Source of the DNA: Vicinamibacterales bacterium
GTDB taxonomy: Bacteria > Acidobacteriota > Vicinamibacteria > Vicinamibacterales > UBA2999
DNA: 64,000 nucleotides
Direction of reading: 5' to 3'
Assembly (NCBI GenBank): GCA_050247355.1
Contig: JBFWUK010000007.1
Location: 71,100 to 135,099 of the forward strand
Shown: positions 30,602-40,710 of the stretch, piece by piece
Position numbering within the stretch: the stretch's first letter is position 1
Layout: each line of letters starts with the position of its first letter
Position numbers and translations under genes: made by a program
Notes under the pieces: generated by a model
Databases searched by the model: none
What the model saw: the letters and a program-made list of their open reading frames with translations, nothing else
What the model was told of the DNA's origin: nothing

Positions 30602-32359
30602 ATGCGCTATTTGCGGATGCTGTCCAACTCGGTGATCGCCGGTGGAGTCGCCTCCGGCTACTTGACCGCGCTCGTACTGCAGCTCAATCCGTCGGTGTCG
30701 CTCGATCCGGGCACGCTGCTGCCGCTGGCCCTGGTCATGGGCGTCGCCTACGGCGCCAACCTCGCGGTGCTGTTCTACGCCCTGATCGTGCTGCGCCAGA
30801 TTCTCGAGGTCGAAGTGCTGTCGCCCGGCTGGCTCAGCGTGCGCCTGCTGTCGTGGCTGTGCACGATGGCGGCCGGCGGCGGCGCGGCGCTGATGTGGCT
30901 GAACCTGCGCAGCTTCGGCGGCGTGCTCGATCCGATCACCCGCAGCCGCATGGGCCTGGGCGCCGGCATCGTCTCGGCCGCCGGCGTGGTGTTCCTGGGG
31001 ATTGCGCTGGCGCATCTCGGCCGCCGCGGCGGCCGCATGAGCGCGGGCCTGCTGTCGGCGACCATGCTGTTGTCGGTCGTGTTGCCGATTGCGGCGCGGG
31101 GCCCGGCCCGGCAGCCGCCGCTGCCCGCCCGTCCCTCCACTGCGGTGGCCGAACCCGAAGCGTCGCGGGCGCGGGCCAATGTGACGATGCTGATGTTCGA
31201 TGGCGCGACGCTCGACATGATCTCGCCGGCGGTGGCCGCCGGCCGGCTGCCGAACATCGGCCGCATTTTCGACCAGGGCGCTGTCCTGCACCTGGCGACC
31301 CTGCGGCCGACGCAGGCTGAACCGGTGTGGAGCGCGGTGGCAACCGGGCGCTTCCCCATGGCCAACGGCGTGCGGTCGGCGCAGGTCTACCGGGTCTTCG
31401 GCGGCGCGCCGATCCAACTGCTGCCCGACTACTGCCTGGCGCAGGCCCTGGTCAGCTTCGGCCTCCTGACCGCCGAGCCGCAAACGGCTGCCGACCTCAT
31501 CGCCCGTCCCATCTGGAACATCCTGAGCGACCACGGCGTCGGCGTCGGCGTGATTGGCTGGCCGTTGACCCAGCCGGCGCCGCCGGTGAACGGGTTCGTC
31601 GTCAGCGAAGCGTTCCACCGGCTGTCGGAAACCGAGATGGCGTTCGAGGGCGGCTCGGCGGTGTGGCCGCCGGAGTTGCTCGCCGACGTGCGGACCGCCC
31701 TGTTGCAGCCCGCCGATCCCGATCCTGTGGCGCTCGTCGCCAACATGGGCGCACCGCAACCGGTGAACGACTACGACGCGCGCCGCGATCCGACGCCGGT
31801 GGTCGGCGATCGCGTGCACCTCCAATTGCTGACCGCCCTGCAGGGTTCGGCGCCGCGCTTCCTGGCCGCCCGCTTCCCGGGCATCGATGCGGTCGGCCAC
31901 TTCTTTCTTCGCTACGCCGTGCCCTCGGCGTTCGGCGACGTGTCTGAAGACGAACGGCAGCGCTTTGGGCGCGTGCTGGACCAGTACTACGGCTTCATCG
32001 ACACACTGGTGGGACGCGAGATCGATCGGCTCGGTCCCGACGGCCTGCTGCTGGTCGTCTCGGCATTCGGCATGGAGCCGTTGACCCCGGGCAAGCGCGT
32101 GCTCGAGATGGTTGCCGGCAACCCGCGTATCAGCGGCACGCACGAACGCGCGCCAGACGGCTTCGTGCTGGCGTTTGGTCCGCCGGTGGCGGCCGGGCGG
32201 CCGCCGCGCGCCTCGGTCGTCGACCTGGCGCCGACGCTGCTGTACTTCTTGGGTCTGCCGGTGGGTCGCGACATGGACGGCTTTGCCCGCATCGACCTGT
32301 TCACGCCGGAGTTCACCAGCGACAAGCCGGTCACCTACATCCCGACATACGGCCGGTAG
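30602..32359 (+). CDS. Membrane-anchored alkaline-phosphatase-superfamily enzyme (type I phosphodiesterase / nucleotide pyrophosphatase-like)
   Basis: ATG 30602. About 6 N-terminal TM segments. MLMFDGATLDMI...EPVWSAVATG resembles the metal-site/nucleophile region of the family. Confidence 0.65.
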   Translation: MRYLRMLSNSVIAGGVASGYLTALVLQLNPSVSLDPGTLLPLALVMGVAYGANLAVLFYALIVLRQILEVEVLSPGWLSVRLLSWLCTMAAGGGAALMWLNLRSFGGVLDPITRSRMGLGAGIVSAAGVVFLGIALAHLGRRGGRMSAGLLSATMLLSVVLPIAARGPARQPPLPARPSTAVAEPEASRARANVTMLMFDGATLDMISPAVAAGRLPNIGRIFDQGAVLHLATLRPTQAEPVWSAVATGRFPMANGVRSAQVYRVFGGAPIQLLPDYCLAQALVSFGLLTAEPQTAADLIARPIWNILSDHGVGVGVIGWPLTQPAPPVNGFVVSEAFHRLSETEMAFEGGSAVWPPELLADVRTALLQPADPDPVALVANMGAPQPVNDYDARRDPTPVVGDRVHLQLLTALQGSAPRFLAARFPGIDAVGHFFLRYAVPSAFGDVSEDERQRFGRVLDQYYGFIDTLVGREIDRLGPDGLLLVVSAFGMEPLTPGKRVLEMVAGNPRISGTHERAPDGFVLAFGPPVAAGRPPRASVVDLAPTLLYFLGLPVGRDMDGFARIDLFTPEFTSDKPVTYIPTYGR

Positions 32360-32361
32360 TC

Positions 32362-33525
32362 ATGGACGAACAGCAACTGCTGTTGTGGCGGTGGAGCACC
32401 GCGGTGCAGGTGGCGTCGCTGGCCATGATGGCGTCGTTCTTCGCCGTCTTCGCGCGCGTCAACCCGCGGGCCGAGGTCGCCTGGTGGGCGCGGGCGTGGT
32501 TTGCCAACCTGCTCGCGCTGATCGTGACCTTGCTCTACTGGTACTTCCAGCCGGTGGCGCTCCGCTCCCTCGTCGGCCCGCTCTACCTGGCGTCGAAGAT
32601 GGCTTTCGTCCTGTTGATCGCGCAGGGCGCCTGGGTCATGACGCACCCCGGCGCGCGACTGTTGAGCAGCAGGGCGATTGCCTCGGCGGTGGCGGCCTAT
32701 GCGCTGTTCGGGTTGGTGTTCCTGCCCGGCGTGAACCTGATTGGCGTTGGCCAGCACCTGCCGATGGGGCTGATCTTCCTGGCCCTGGCCATCGTCTTGT
32801 TCGTCTCGCCGTCCGGGTCGCGATGGCTGGCCGCGGGTGTCGGCGTCCGCAGCGTGCTGGCGCTGGTCGAGAGTGCCGCCTACTACCTGCAACTGGCGCG
32901 GTCCGAGGGCGATGGCCTGCGCGCCAGTGCCGCGGCGTTTCTGTCGGCCAGTTCGTCGTTCGACACGGGCGCGGAGTGGCTGCTCGTGCTGGGCTCGGTC
33001 CTGGCCGTTTCGGAGCGCGGCCAGCGCGAGTTGGAGCTCGTGAACCGCGACCTGATGGCGGCGCAGGAGGGCCTGCGGCGGGTTGCCGACCGCGATCCCT
33101 TGACCACGCTGGGCAACCGGCGCGCCCTGCCGGAGATCTTCCGCGCCGTGCAGCCGCACGGCGCCATGCTGTTGTTCTTCGACTTGAACAGCTTCAAGGA
33201 GATCAACGATCGGCACGGTCACGCCGCCGGGGACGAATGCCTCAAGGCCTTCGCCACGGCGTTGCGCGAGTCGTTCCGGCCCGACGACCACGTGCTGCGC
33301 TACGGCGGCGACGAGTTCCTGGTGGTGGCGCCGGGCCTCGACCGCGCCGGCGCGCGCACCCGGGTCGAGGCGCTCAGCCGGCGCCGACGCGGTCACCTGC
33401 CGCATGAGGGTTTCACCTGTGGCTTCTCGGTAGGGATCGCCGAACTGACGCCGGGCGGCAACCCCGAGGCCGCGGTGCAGGCGGCCGATCGCGACATGTA
33501 TCTGGCGAAGGGGGCGGGGGCATGA
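32362..33525 (+). CDS. Diguanylate cyclase (GGDEF) with a multi-TM N-terminal sensor region
   Basis: RYGGDEF active site with an RPDD I-site (RxxD) 5 residues upstream. There are 6-7 TM segments at the N-terminus. Confidence 0.85.
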   Translation: MDEQQLLLWRWSTAVQVASLAMMASFFAVFARVNPRAEVAWWARAWFANLLALIVTLLYWYFQPVALRSLVGPLYLASKMAFVLLIAQGAWVMTHPGARLLSSRAIASAVAAYALFGLVFLPGVNLIGVGQHLPMGLIFLALAIVLFVSPSGSRWLAAGVGVRSVLALVESAAYYLQLARSEGDGLRASAAAFLSASSSFDTGAEWLLVLGSVLAVSERGQRELELVNRDLMAAQEGLRRVADRDPLTTLGNRRALPEIFRAVQPHGAMLLFFDLNSFKEINDRHGHAAGDECLKAFATALRESFRPDDHVLRYGGDEFLVVAPGLDRAGARTRVEALSRRRRGHLPHEGFTCGFSVGIAELTPGGNPEAAVQAADRDMYLAKGAGA

Positions 33526-34190
33526 TTGGCCTGGTTGGCGGGTTGGGCATTGGCGCTGGCGTTCACTACTACCGCGAACTTGCCGCGGCGCACGAGACCC
33601 TGGTCCGGCCGCTCGACCTGGTGCTCGTGCACGGGCAGGTGTCGCGGATCTTCCAGCACGCCGCCGCCGGCGACCATGCCGGCATGGCCGAATACCTGGC
33701 CGGCATCCTCGCGTCCATGCGCGCCGCCGGCGCGACCCTTGGCGTCATCCCGGCCGTGACGCCGCACCTCTGCATCGACCAACTCGAACGGCTGGCGCCG
33801 CTGCCGATCGTCAACTTGCTGGAAGCCGTGGCGGCTGAAGTCGAGCGGAGGCAACTGCGCCGGGTCGCCGTGTTCGGGACCCGTTTCGTGGTCGAGTCCG
33901 ATTTCCTCGGCCGGCTGCACCAGGTGGAAGTGGTACGCCCGTCGCCGGACGAGGTCACGCTGATCCACGACACCTATGTGCGAGTGGCCGCCGCCGGCCG
34001 CTCGACCGCAGGTGATCACGCCGCGCTGACGGCGGTGGCGAAGCGCTTGTGCGACGACGCCGGTGTCGACGCCGTGCTGCTGGCCGGCACCGATCTGTCA
34101 CTGGTGTTCGACCAGAGCAACACCGGGTTCCCGAATGTTGATTGCGCTGGAGTCCACATTCAAGCCATCATGCGTCGGCTCTCGGCCTGA
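33522..34190 (+). CDS. Asp/Glu/hydantoin racemase-fold protein
   Basis: MIGLVGGLG N-terminus and two pseudo-symmetric halves (VTPH... and LAGTDLS). The canonical catalytic Cys positions are not obviously conserved, so the activity is uncertain. ATGA overlap with the GGDEF gene. Confidence 0.65.
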   Translation: MIGLVGGLGIGAGVHYYRELAAAHETLVRPLDLVLVHGQVSRIFQHAAAGDHAGMAEYLAGILASMRAAGATLGVIPAVTPHLCIDQLERLAPLPIVNLLEAVAAEVERRQLRRVAVFGTRFVVESDFLGRLHQVEVVRPSPDEVTLIHDTYVRVAAAGRSTAGDHAALTAVAKRLCDDAGVDAVLLAGTDLSLVFDQSNTGFPNVDCAGVHIQAIMRRLSA

Positions 34191-34196
34191 GCGATC

Positions 34197-35162
34197 ATGC
34201 TCGTCAACTGCGTCGCCTACCACCGCGGTCAGAAGCTGTCTGACATCCCGTTGAGCGAGGTCCGTTCGCACCTCGAGCGGCCCGATTGTTTCGTCTGGGT
34301 CGCGCTCAAGGATCCGCAGCCGGGCGAACTGGCGTCACTGCAGGACGAGTTCGGGCTGCACGAGCTGGCCATCGAGGACGCGCAGAAGGGCCACCAGCGG
34401 CCCAAGATCGACGAGTACGGCGGATCGCTGTTCGTCGTCTTGCACCTGATTGAGCCGGCCGGCGCCGAGATGCAGCACGGCGAGGTCGCCATCTTCGTCG
34501 GCCCGCAGTACATCATCTCGGTGCGGCGTGACGCGCAGCTGGGGTTCACCGAAGTGCGGCGGCGCTGCGAGCAGGAGCCGGAACTGCTGCAGCACGGGCC
34601 GGCGTATGTCCTCTACGCGCTGATGGACACGGTCGTCGACCGTTACTTCCCGGTGCTCGACAGCCTGACCCAGGAGATCGAAGGCATCGAAGAACGGATC
34701 TTCGGCGGCCAGACGACGCGCGCGCAAATCGAGGAACTGTATTCGCTCAAGCGCAAGCTGATGACCCTGGATCACGCGACCGTGCCGCTGCTCGAGGTGG
34801 CCGGCAAGCTGCATGGCGGCCGGGTGCCGCCGATCTGCGCCGGGCTGCACGAATACTTCCGCGACGTCTACGATCACCTGCTGCGCCTCAAGCAGTCGAT
34901 CGACAGCCTGCGCGACATGGTGACCACCGCGATTTCGGTAAACCTCTCGCTCATCACGATTCAGGAGAACGAGGTGACCAAACGGCTGGCCGCGTACGCC
35001 GCGCTGGTGGCCGTACCGACCATGGTGGCCGGCGTCTACGGAATGAACTTCGCGAACATGCCGGAGCTGCGATGGGCGTACGGCTATCCGGCGGCGGTCG
35101 CCTCGATGGTCCTGATCGACGTTTATCTCGTCTATCGCTTCAAGAAGGCAAAGTGGATGTGA
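34197..35162 (+). CDS. corA: Magnesium/cobalt transporter CorA
   Basis: YGMNF (GMN) motif before the last TM segment. Typical 321-aa length. Confidence 0.9.
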   Translation: MLVNCVAYHRGQKLSDIPLSEVRSHLERPDCFVWVALKDPQPGELASLQDEFGLHELAIEDAQKGHQRPKIDEYGGSLFVVLHLIEPAGAEMQHGEVAIFVGPQYIISVRRDAQLGFTEVRRRCEQEPELLQHGPAYVLYALMDTVVDRYFPVLDSLTQEIEGIEERIFGGQTTRAQIEELYSLKRKLMTLDHATVPLLEVAGKLHGGRVPPICAGLHEYFRDVYDHLLRLKQSIDSLRDMVTTAISVNLSLITIQENEVTKRLAAYAALVAVPTMVAGVYGMNFANMPELRWAYGYPAAVASMVLIDVYLVYRFKKAKWM

Positions 35163-36577
35163 TCGGCGACGCGCTGTGCTTCACGCCCGCGCGCGAGCTG
35201 GCCGGCATGATCGCCGCCCGTAAGGTATCGGCGCGCGAGGTGATGTCGGCATTCCTCGGCCAGATTCGCCGCCTCAACCCCTCGTTGAACGCCATCGTCG
35301 CGCGGCTGGACGACGATTCGTGCCTGGCGTTGGCTGATGCCGCCGACCGCGAGCTGGCCGGCGGCGCCCGGGTCGGTCCGCTGCACGGCCTGCCGATTGC
35401 GTTCAAGGACCTCGAGTCGGCGATCGGCTTTCCGTGCACCAAGGGATCACCGGTCTTCAAGGACGTCATGCCGGCCGTTGACACGGTGATCGTCGAGCGA
35501 CTGCGGCGGGCGGGCGTTGTCCCGATCGGCAAGACCAACGTGCCGGAGTTCGGCATGGGGTCCCACACTTACAACAAGGTCTACGGCACCACCTACAATC
35601 CGTACGACCGCACCAAGAGCGCCGGCGGTTCGAGTGGCGGTGCCGGTGCCGCCCTGGCCGCCGGTTTGCTGCCGCTCGCCGACGGCGGCGACCTTGGCGG
35701 CTCCCTTCGCAATCCCGCCAACTTCAACAACATCGTGGCGTTGCGGCCAACCGTCGGTCTGGTGCCTGTTGCGCCGGCGCCGCTGCCGATGGTTGGTGTC
35801 TCGGTCAAGGGGCCGATGGCGCGTTCGGTGTCCGACGTGGCCTTCATGCTGAGCGTGATGGCCGGCGCCGACGGGCGGGATCCGCAGACCTACCCGTCGA
35901 CGCCATCTGACTTTCTCTCGCCGCTCGAGCGCGACTGGCGGGGCGTGCGCGTGGCGTGGTCACCCAATCTTGGCGGCCTGCCGCTCGATCCCCTGGTCAG
36001 GAGCGTGCTGGACCGGCAGCGCCAGGTGTTCACCGATCTTGGTTGCACGGTCGAGGACGCGACCCCGGACCTGAGTGACGCCGACGACGTTTTCCTGACC
36101 CTGCGGTCGTGGGCGAATTGGCACACCCATGGCCCGCTGCTGGCGTCGCACCGGGCGCAGATCAAGCCCGAAGCGATCTGGGACATCGAAGCCGGATCGC
36201 GTTTGACCGGCGAGGACGTGGCCATCGCCATTGCGAAGCACGCCGCGCTGCTCGAGCGGATGCGCGTGTTCCAGGTGAAGTACGAGTTCCTGGTGTGCGC
36301 GGTGAACCAGGTGCCGCCGTTCGCTGCCGGCCTCGACTGGCCGAAGTCGATTGACGGCGTGACGATGGCCAACTACGTGGCGTGGATGAAGTCTGCCTAC
36401 TGGATCTCGACCACCTGCCGCCCCGCGATTTCGGTGCCGGCCGGCTTCACGCCGGAGGGCCTGCCGGTCGGGATCCAGATCGTTGGCCGCCATCGTGACG
36501 ACCTGGGCGTGTTGCGGCTAGGATTTGCGTTCGAGCAAGCGACGGGAGTGGGGAAGCGACGACCAGAAGGAGCATAG
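35153..36577 (+). CDS. Amidase-signature family amidase
   Basis: GGSSGG in SAGGSSGGAGAALAAG and the upstream GKTN Lys region. The GTG start lies at 35153, or at 35159 overlapping the corA stop. Confidence 0.85.
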   Translation: MDVIGDALCFTPARELAGMIAARKVSAREVMSAFLGQIRRLNPSLNAIVARLDDDSCLALADAADRELAGGARVGPLHGLPIAFKDLESAIGFPCTKGSPVFKDVMPAVDTVIVERLRRAGVVPIGKTNVPEFGMGSHTYNKVYGTTYNPYDRTKSAGGSSGGAGAALAAGLLPLADGGDLGGSLRNPANFNNIVALRPTVGLVPVAPAPLPMVGVSVKGPMARSVSDVAFMLSVMAGADGRDPQTYPSTPSDFLSPLERDWRGVRVAWSPNLGGLPLDPLVRSVLDRQRQVFTDLGCTVEDATPDLSDADDVFLTLRSWANWHTHGPLLASHRAQIKPEAIWDIEAGSRLTGEDVAIAIAKHAALLERMRVFQVKYEFLVCAVNQVPPFAAGLDWPKSIDGVTMANYVAWMKSAYWISTTCRPAISVPAGFTPEGLPVGIQIVGRHRDDLGVLRLGFAFEQATGVGKRRPEGA

Positions 36578-36579
36578 CA

Positions 36580-39033
36580 ATGGACGGGTTCCTGCTCGAC
36601 GTACGAAGCGCCTGGCGAGCCGCCATGCGCCGGCCGGCGCTGACGGCGCTGACGATCGTGACCCTGGTGTTGGGCATCGGCGCCAATACCGCCATCTTCG
36701 CCGTCGCCCGCGGTGTGCTGCTGCGCCCGCTGCCATACGAGGATCCCGACTCGTTGGCCATGATCTGGCGCAACGGCGCGACCTCCACCGATCCGCGAGG
36801 GATTGGCACCCCCGAAATGTTGCGCGAGTACCGCGCCCGTGCCTCCGCCTTCACCGACATCGCGGCCGTCGAACTGTGGCGCGGCAACCTGTCGGCCCAG
36901 GTCGACCTGGCTGGCGCTGACGGCGCCGAGCGCTTGCGTGGGTCGCTTGCGACACCTAACTTCTTCTCATTGCTCGGCGTGAACGCGGCTCTGGGCCGAA
37001 CCTTTGCCGAGAACGACGAGGCCCGCGTGGTTGTGCTCAGCGACGCTCTGTGGCGCCGGCGCTTCGGCGCCGATCCGACGATTGTCGGCAGGAGCATCGA
37101 CCTGGTCGGCCGGCGCGAGCGCCGTCGGGAACCTCACCAGGTGATCGGCGTCCTGCCGCCGCGCTTCCGCTTCACCTACCCTGAGGACACGGAAGTGTGG
37201 CTGCCGCTGTCGTGGCGGGACGTTGACGGTGCAACCGGCCAGGCGCTCCTGTATCACTTCGTCGCCCGGCTGAAACCTGGCATCGGGATTGAAGCCGCGA
37301 ATGCCGACCTGTCGGCGGTGGCGGCCGCCATGCACGTCGACCTGCCGAAGGGCGGCTACGACCGGATGTGGCTGTGGACCGAGCCGGTTCACGAATGGTC
37401 GGTTGGTCGCGTCCGGCCGGCGGTGAAGCTGATCGGCGGCGTCACACTATTGCTGCTGGTGATCGCAAGCCTCAACGTGGCCAGCCTGCTGCTGGCACAA
37501 ACCGCGGCGAGACGGCGTGAGCTCGCGCTGCAGCGGGCGCTGGGCGCGTCGCGCGGCCGGCTGGTGCGTCAGCTGCTCACCGAGTCGGCGCTGTTCACGG
37601 TACTCGCGGCTGCTACGGCGGTAGTGGTGGTGCTTGGCCTCCAGCAACTACTGCGCGCCATCCTGCCGCCGTCGATGCCGCGGATTGACGAAATTGGTGT
37701 CGATGCCGCCACGGTGGCATGGACCACCGGAGTTGGTGCGGTCACGCTGTTACTGGCCGGGTTGCTGCCAGGCTGGCGCGGCACTCGGGTCGATCCAAAC
37801 GCCGAACTGGGCGTCGGCGGCCGCTCCGCCAGCGGCGGCCGGGCGGCCGCCCGAATGCGGCAGGGTTTGACGATGCTTCAGATCGGCGCCGCTTCCGTGT
37901 TGTTGATCGGCGGGAGCTTGCTGCTGCAGAGCCTGTGGAATCTCCAGCGGGTGGACCTGGGCTTCGACGGTACTTCGGTCCTGACTCAGGAGATTCGCCT
38001 GCTGGGGCCGCAGTATCGGGACGAGGCCAGGCGAACGGCGTTTCACGATTCAGTAATCCAGAGAGTCCGCGGCATTGCCGGCGTGCGTGAAGCCGCCACG
38101 ACCTCGGCCATTCCACTGCGCGGCACCGACTACCGCGAGGCGATCCTCGTGCCGGGCACGACCGAGCGCGTGATCGCCAACCGCCGGCACGTTGATCCGT
38201 CGTACTTCGAGGTCATGCGGATTCCGCTGATCGAGGGCCGCTTGCTGACTGCTGCCGATCGCGCCGGCGCAGCCCAGGTGGCTGTGGTGTCGCAGGCACT
38301 GGCGCGCGCGATGTTTCCCGGCGGTTCTGCCCTGGGGCAGCACTTGCCTTACCGGCGGCTCGCCACCACCGGGCCTCCGCGGCTGGTGCCTGAATCCATA
38401 GAGATTGTCGGCGTCGTCGCCGACGTGCGGGCGCTGCGAGTGGAAGACGCCGGAGGACCCGCGTACTACGTGCCTCAAGCCCAGCGGTCGACGGACTTGC
38501 TGTGCCTCGTGATCCGCACCGAGGCCGGAGCCGATCACGTCGCCGCCGCGGTGCGCGCCGCGATTCGCGATGTCGACCCAAACCAGCCGGTCGGGCCCGC
38601 CACCACCGTCGGCGAGGTGATTGCCCTGACCTTCGCCGACCGTCGCTTCTACGCGATTGCGACGCTGGCGTTTGCCGGCATCGCTCTGCTGCTGACGGTT
38701 GCCGGTCTCTACGGCATCATGGCCATTTCGGCGGCCGAACGCATCCGCGAACTGGGTATTCGCGTCGCCCTTGGCGCCACTCGCCGCGGCCTGGTGCTGT
38801 TGCTCCTGCGCCAGGGCATTGCGCCCGTGCTGGCCGGGGTCGCGTTGGGCGGGTTGGCGGCGGCCTGGGCGGTGCGGTTCCTGACGGCGTATCTGTTCGG
38901 CGTCGCGCAGGTGGGGCCGCAGGTCTATCTGGCTGTCGCCCTGCTGGTCGGAGTCGGCGGTCTGGCAGCGTGTTTACTGCCCGCCCGCGGTGCGTCGATG
39001 GCCGATCCGATGGAGGCGCTGCGAAGCGAATAA
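36580..39033 (+). CDS. ADOP-family duplicated FtsX/MacB-type orphan permease
   Basis: 817 aa with two MacB periplasmic plus FtsX 4-TM modules in one chain. No adjacent ABC ATPase. This architecture is typical of Acidobacteria. Confidence 0.85.
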   Translation: MDGFLLDVRSAWRAAMRRPALTALTIVTLVLGIGANTAIFAVARGVLLRPLPYEDPDSLAMIWRNGATSTDPRGIGTPEMLREYRARASAFTDIAAVELWRGNLSAQVDLAGADGAERLRGSLATPNFFSLLGVNAALGRTFAENDEARVVVLSDALWRRRFGADPTIVGRSIDLVGRRERRREPHQVIGVLPPRFRFTYPEDTEVWLPLSWRDVDGATGQALLYHFVARLKPGIGIEAANADLSAVAAAMHVDLPKGGYDRMWLWTEPVHEWSVGRVRPAVKLIGGVTLLLLVIASLNVASLLLAQTAARRRELALQRALGASRGRLVRQLLTESALFTVLAAATAVVVVLGLQQLLRAILPPSMPRIDEIGVDAATVAWTTGVGAVTLLLAGLLPGWRGTRVDPNAELGVGGRSASGGRAAARMRQGLTMLQIGAASVLLIGGSLLLQSLWNLQRVDLGFDGTSVLTQEIRLLGPQYRDEARRTAFHDSVIQRVRGIAGVREAATTSAIPLRGTDYREAILVPGTTERVIANRRHVDPSYFEVMRIPLIEGRLLTAADRAGAAQVAVVSQALARAMFPGGSALGQHLPYRRLATTGPPRLVPESIEIVGVVADVRALRVEDAGGPAYYVPQAQRSTDLLCLVIRTEAGADHVAAAVRAAIRDVDPNQPVGPATTVGEVIALTFADRRFYAIATLAFAGIALLLTVAGLYGIMAISAAERIRELGIRVALGATRRGLVLLLLRQGIAPVLAGVALGGLAAAWAVRFLTAYLFGVAQVGPQVYLAVALLVGVGGLAACLLPARGASMADPMEALRSE

Positions 39034-39098
39034 CGCCGCCGCGTCGCCCACCGAAGCGCGGTGATATAATTCTACCCAACCGCGGAGGACCCTCCGCA

Positions 39099-39132
39099 CT
39101 CTTTAAACGCGGACCTGCGAGTTCGCAAAGAG
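39099..39132 (+). promoter_or_regulatory. PyrR-binding-type RNA hairpin sequestering the pyrR Shine-Dalgarno
   Basis: CUCUUU-AAAC-[GCGGAC-CUGCGA-GUUCGC]-AAAGAG. The hexaloop follows CNGNGA, as in the B. subtilis CAGAGA binding loop. The 3' arm of the lower stem is the Shine-Dalgarno AAAGAGG, 5 nt from ATG 39139. A second covarying copy lies at 58239. Confidence 0.6.
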
Positions 39133-39138
39133 GTGCAT

Positions 39139-39675
39139 ATGCCAGTCGTCATGGATGCCGAGCGCATCTCGCGCGCGCTCACCCGCATCGCCCACGAAAT
39201 CATCGAGCACAATCGCGGCCTGTCGTCGATCGCGCTGGTCGGCGTGCGCAGCCGCGGCGTGCCCATCGCCCAGCGGATTGCCCGCGACGTCCTCCAGATC
39301 ACGAAGGAAGAAGTCGCGGTCGGCGCCCTCGACATCACGCTCTACCGCGACGACCTGATGGGCGCCTCGGTCGGCATCTCGCCGGTGGTGCGCAAGACCG
39401 AGATTCCGTTCTCGATCGACGGCCGCACCATCGTGCTGGTGGACGACGTGCTCTACACCGGCCGGACGACGCGGGCGGCGCTGGATGCGCTGACCGACTT
39501 CGGCCGTCCGAAGTCGATTCAACTGGTGGTGCTGGTCGACCGTGGCCACCGCGAACTGCCGATCAAGGCCGACTACGTCGGCAAGAACGTGCCGACCTCC
39601 AGGCAGGAGAGCGTGCAGGTCCACCTGCAGGAGCTCGACGGGGTGGACGAAGTGCTGCTGCAGGCGAAGGAGTAG
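39139..39675 (+). CDS. pyrR: Bifunctional pyrimidine operon regulator / uracil phosphoribosyltransferase PyrR
   Basis: [24 protein letters not shown] motif and typical 178-aa length. It lies directly upstream of pyrB. Confidence 0.9.
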   Translation: MPVVMDAERISRALTRIAHEIIEHNRGLSSIALVGVRSRGVPIAQRIARDVLQITKEEVAVGALDITLYRDDLMGASVGISPVVRKTEIPFSIDGRTIVLVDDVLYTGRTTRAALDALTDFGRPKSIQLVVLVDRGHRELPIKADYVGKNVPTSRQESVQVHLQELDGVDEVLLQAKE

Positions 39676-39678
39676 GCC

Positions 39679-40650
39679 ATGGACGTGACCCAGACGCCGC
39701 CGCTCACCGCCCTCAGGCAGAAGCACCTGCTCGGCATTGCCGACCTCAGCCCGGAAGAGATTGTCCTCGTGCTCGACACCGCCGAGGCGATGAAGGAAGT
39801 CGGGCAGCGCACCATCAAGAAGGTGCCGACGCTGCGCGGCCGCACCGTCATCAACCTGTTCTTCGAGCCGAGCACCCGCACGCGCACGTCGTTCGAGATT
39901 GCCGAGAAGCGCCTCAGCGCCGACACGCTCAACGTCGCGATTGCCTCGTCCAGCGTCGTGAAGGGCGAGACCCTGGTCGATACCGCGATGAACCTCGAGG
40001 CGATGGCGCCGAGCATGATCGTGCTGCGCCACGCCTCGTCCGGCGCCTGCCACCTGCTGTCGCGCATCTGCAAGGCCGCCATCGTCAACGCCGGCGACGG
40101 CATGCACGAGCACCCGACGCAGGCCCTGCTCGACGCGTTCACCATCCGCGAACGAAAGAAAAAGATCGCCGGCCTCAAGATCGCCATCGTCGGCGACCTG
40201 CTGCACAGCCGGGTGTTGCGGTCGAACCTGCTGCTGCTGACCAAACTGGGCGCCGAGGTGTGGGCGTGCGCGCCGGCCACGCTGATTCCGCCGGGCCTGC
40301 CGCAAATGGGCGTCAGGGTCACGACCCGGGTGGACGAAGCGGTCGAAGGCGCCGACGTCATCATGATGCTGCGCATCCAGCTGGAGCGCATGCAGGGCGC
40401 CTATTTCCCGTCGCAGCGTGAGTACTTCCGGACCTTTGGCATGACCGAAGCCCGGGTGGCGCGGGCGAAGCCCGACGCCATCATCATGCATCCCGGGCCG
40501 ATCAACCGCGGCGTCGAGATCGCCTCGGAAGTCGCCGATGGCGCCTCTTCGGTCATCCTCGACCAGGTCGCCAACGGGGTCGCGGTGAGGATGGCGGTGC
40601 TGTACCTGCTGGCCGGCGGCGGCGACGGCGACTCCGCCCGGGCCGATTGA
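39679..40650 (+). CDS. pyrB: Aspartate carbamoyltransferase catalytic subunit
   Basis: STRTR carbamoyl-phosphate motif ([11 protein letters not shown]), HPTQ and HPGP motifs. Confidence 0.92.
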   Translation: MDVTQTPPLTALRQKHLLGIADLSPEEIVLVLDTAEAMKEVGQRTIKKVPTLRGRTVINLFFEPSTRTRTSFEIAEKRLSADTLNVAIASSSVVKGETLVDTAMNLEAMAPSMIVLRHASSGACHLLSRICKAAIVNAGDGMHEHPTQALLDAFTIRERKKKIAGLKIAIVGDLLHSRVLRSNLLLLTKLGAEVWACAPATLIPPGLPQMGVRVTTRVDEAVEGADVIMMLRIQLERMQGAYFPSQREYFRTFGMTEARVARAKPDAIIMHPGPINRGVEIASEVADGASSVILDQVANGVAVRMAVLYLLAGGGDGDSARAD

Positions 40651-40710
40651 CAGCCCTTCACGCCGCCCGTACGATGGTAGCTTGTCATTCCGCCTCGCCA
40701 GGTTGCAGTC

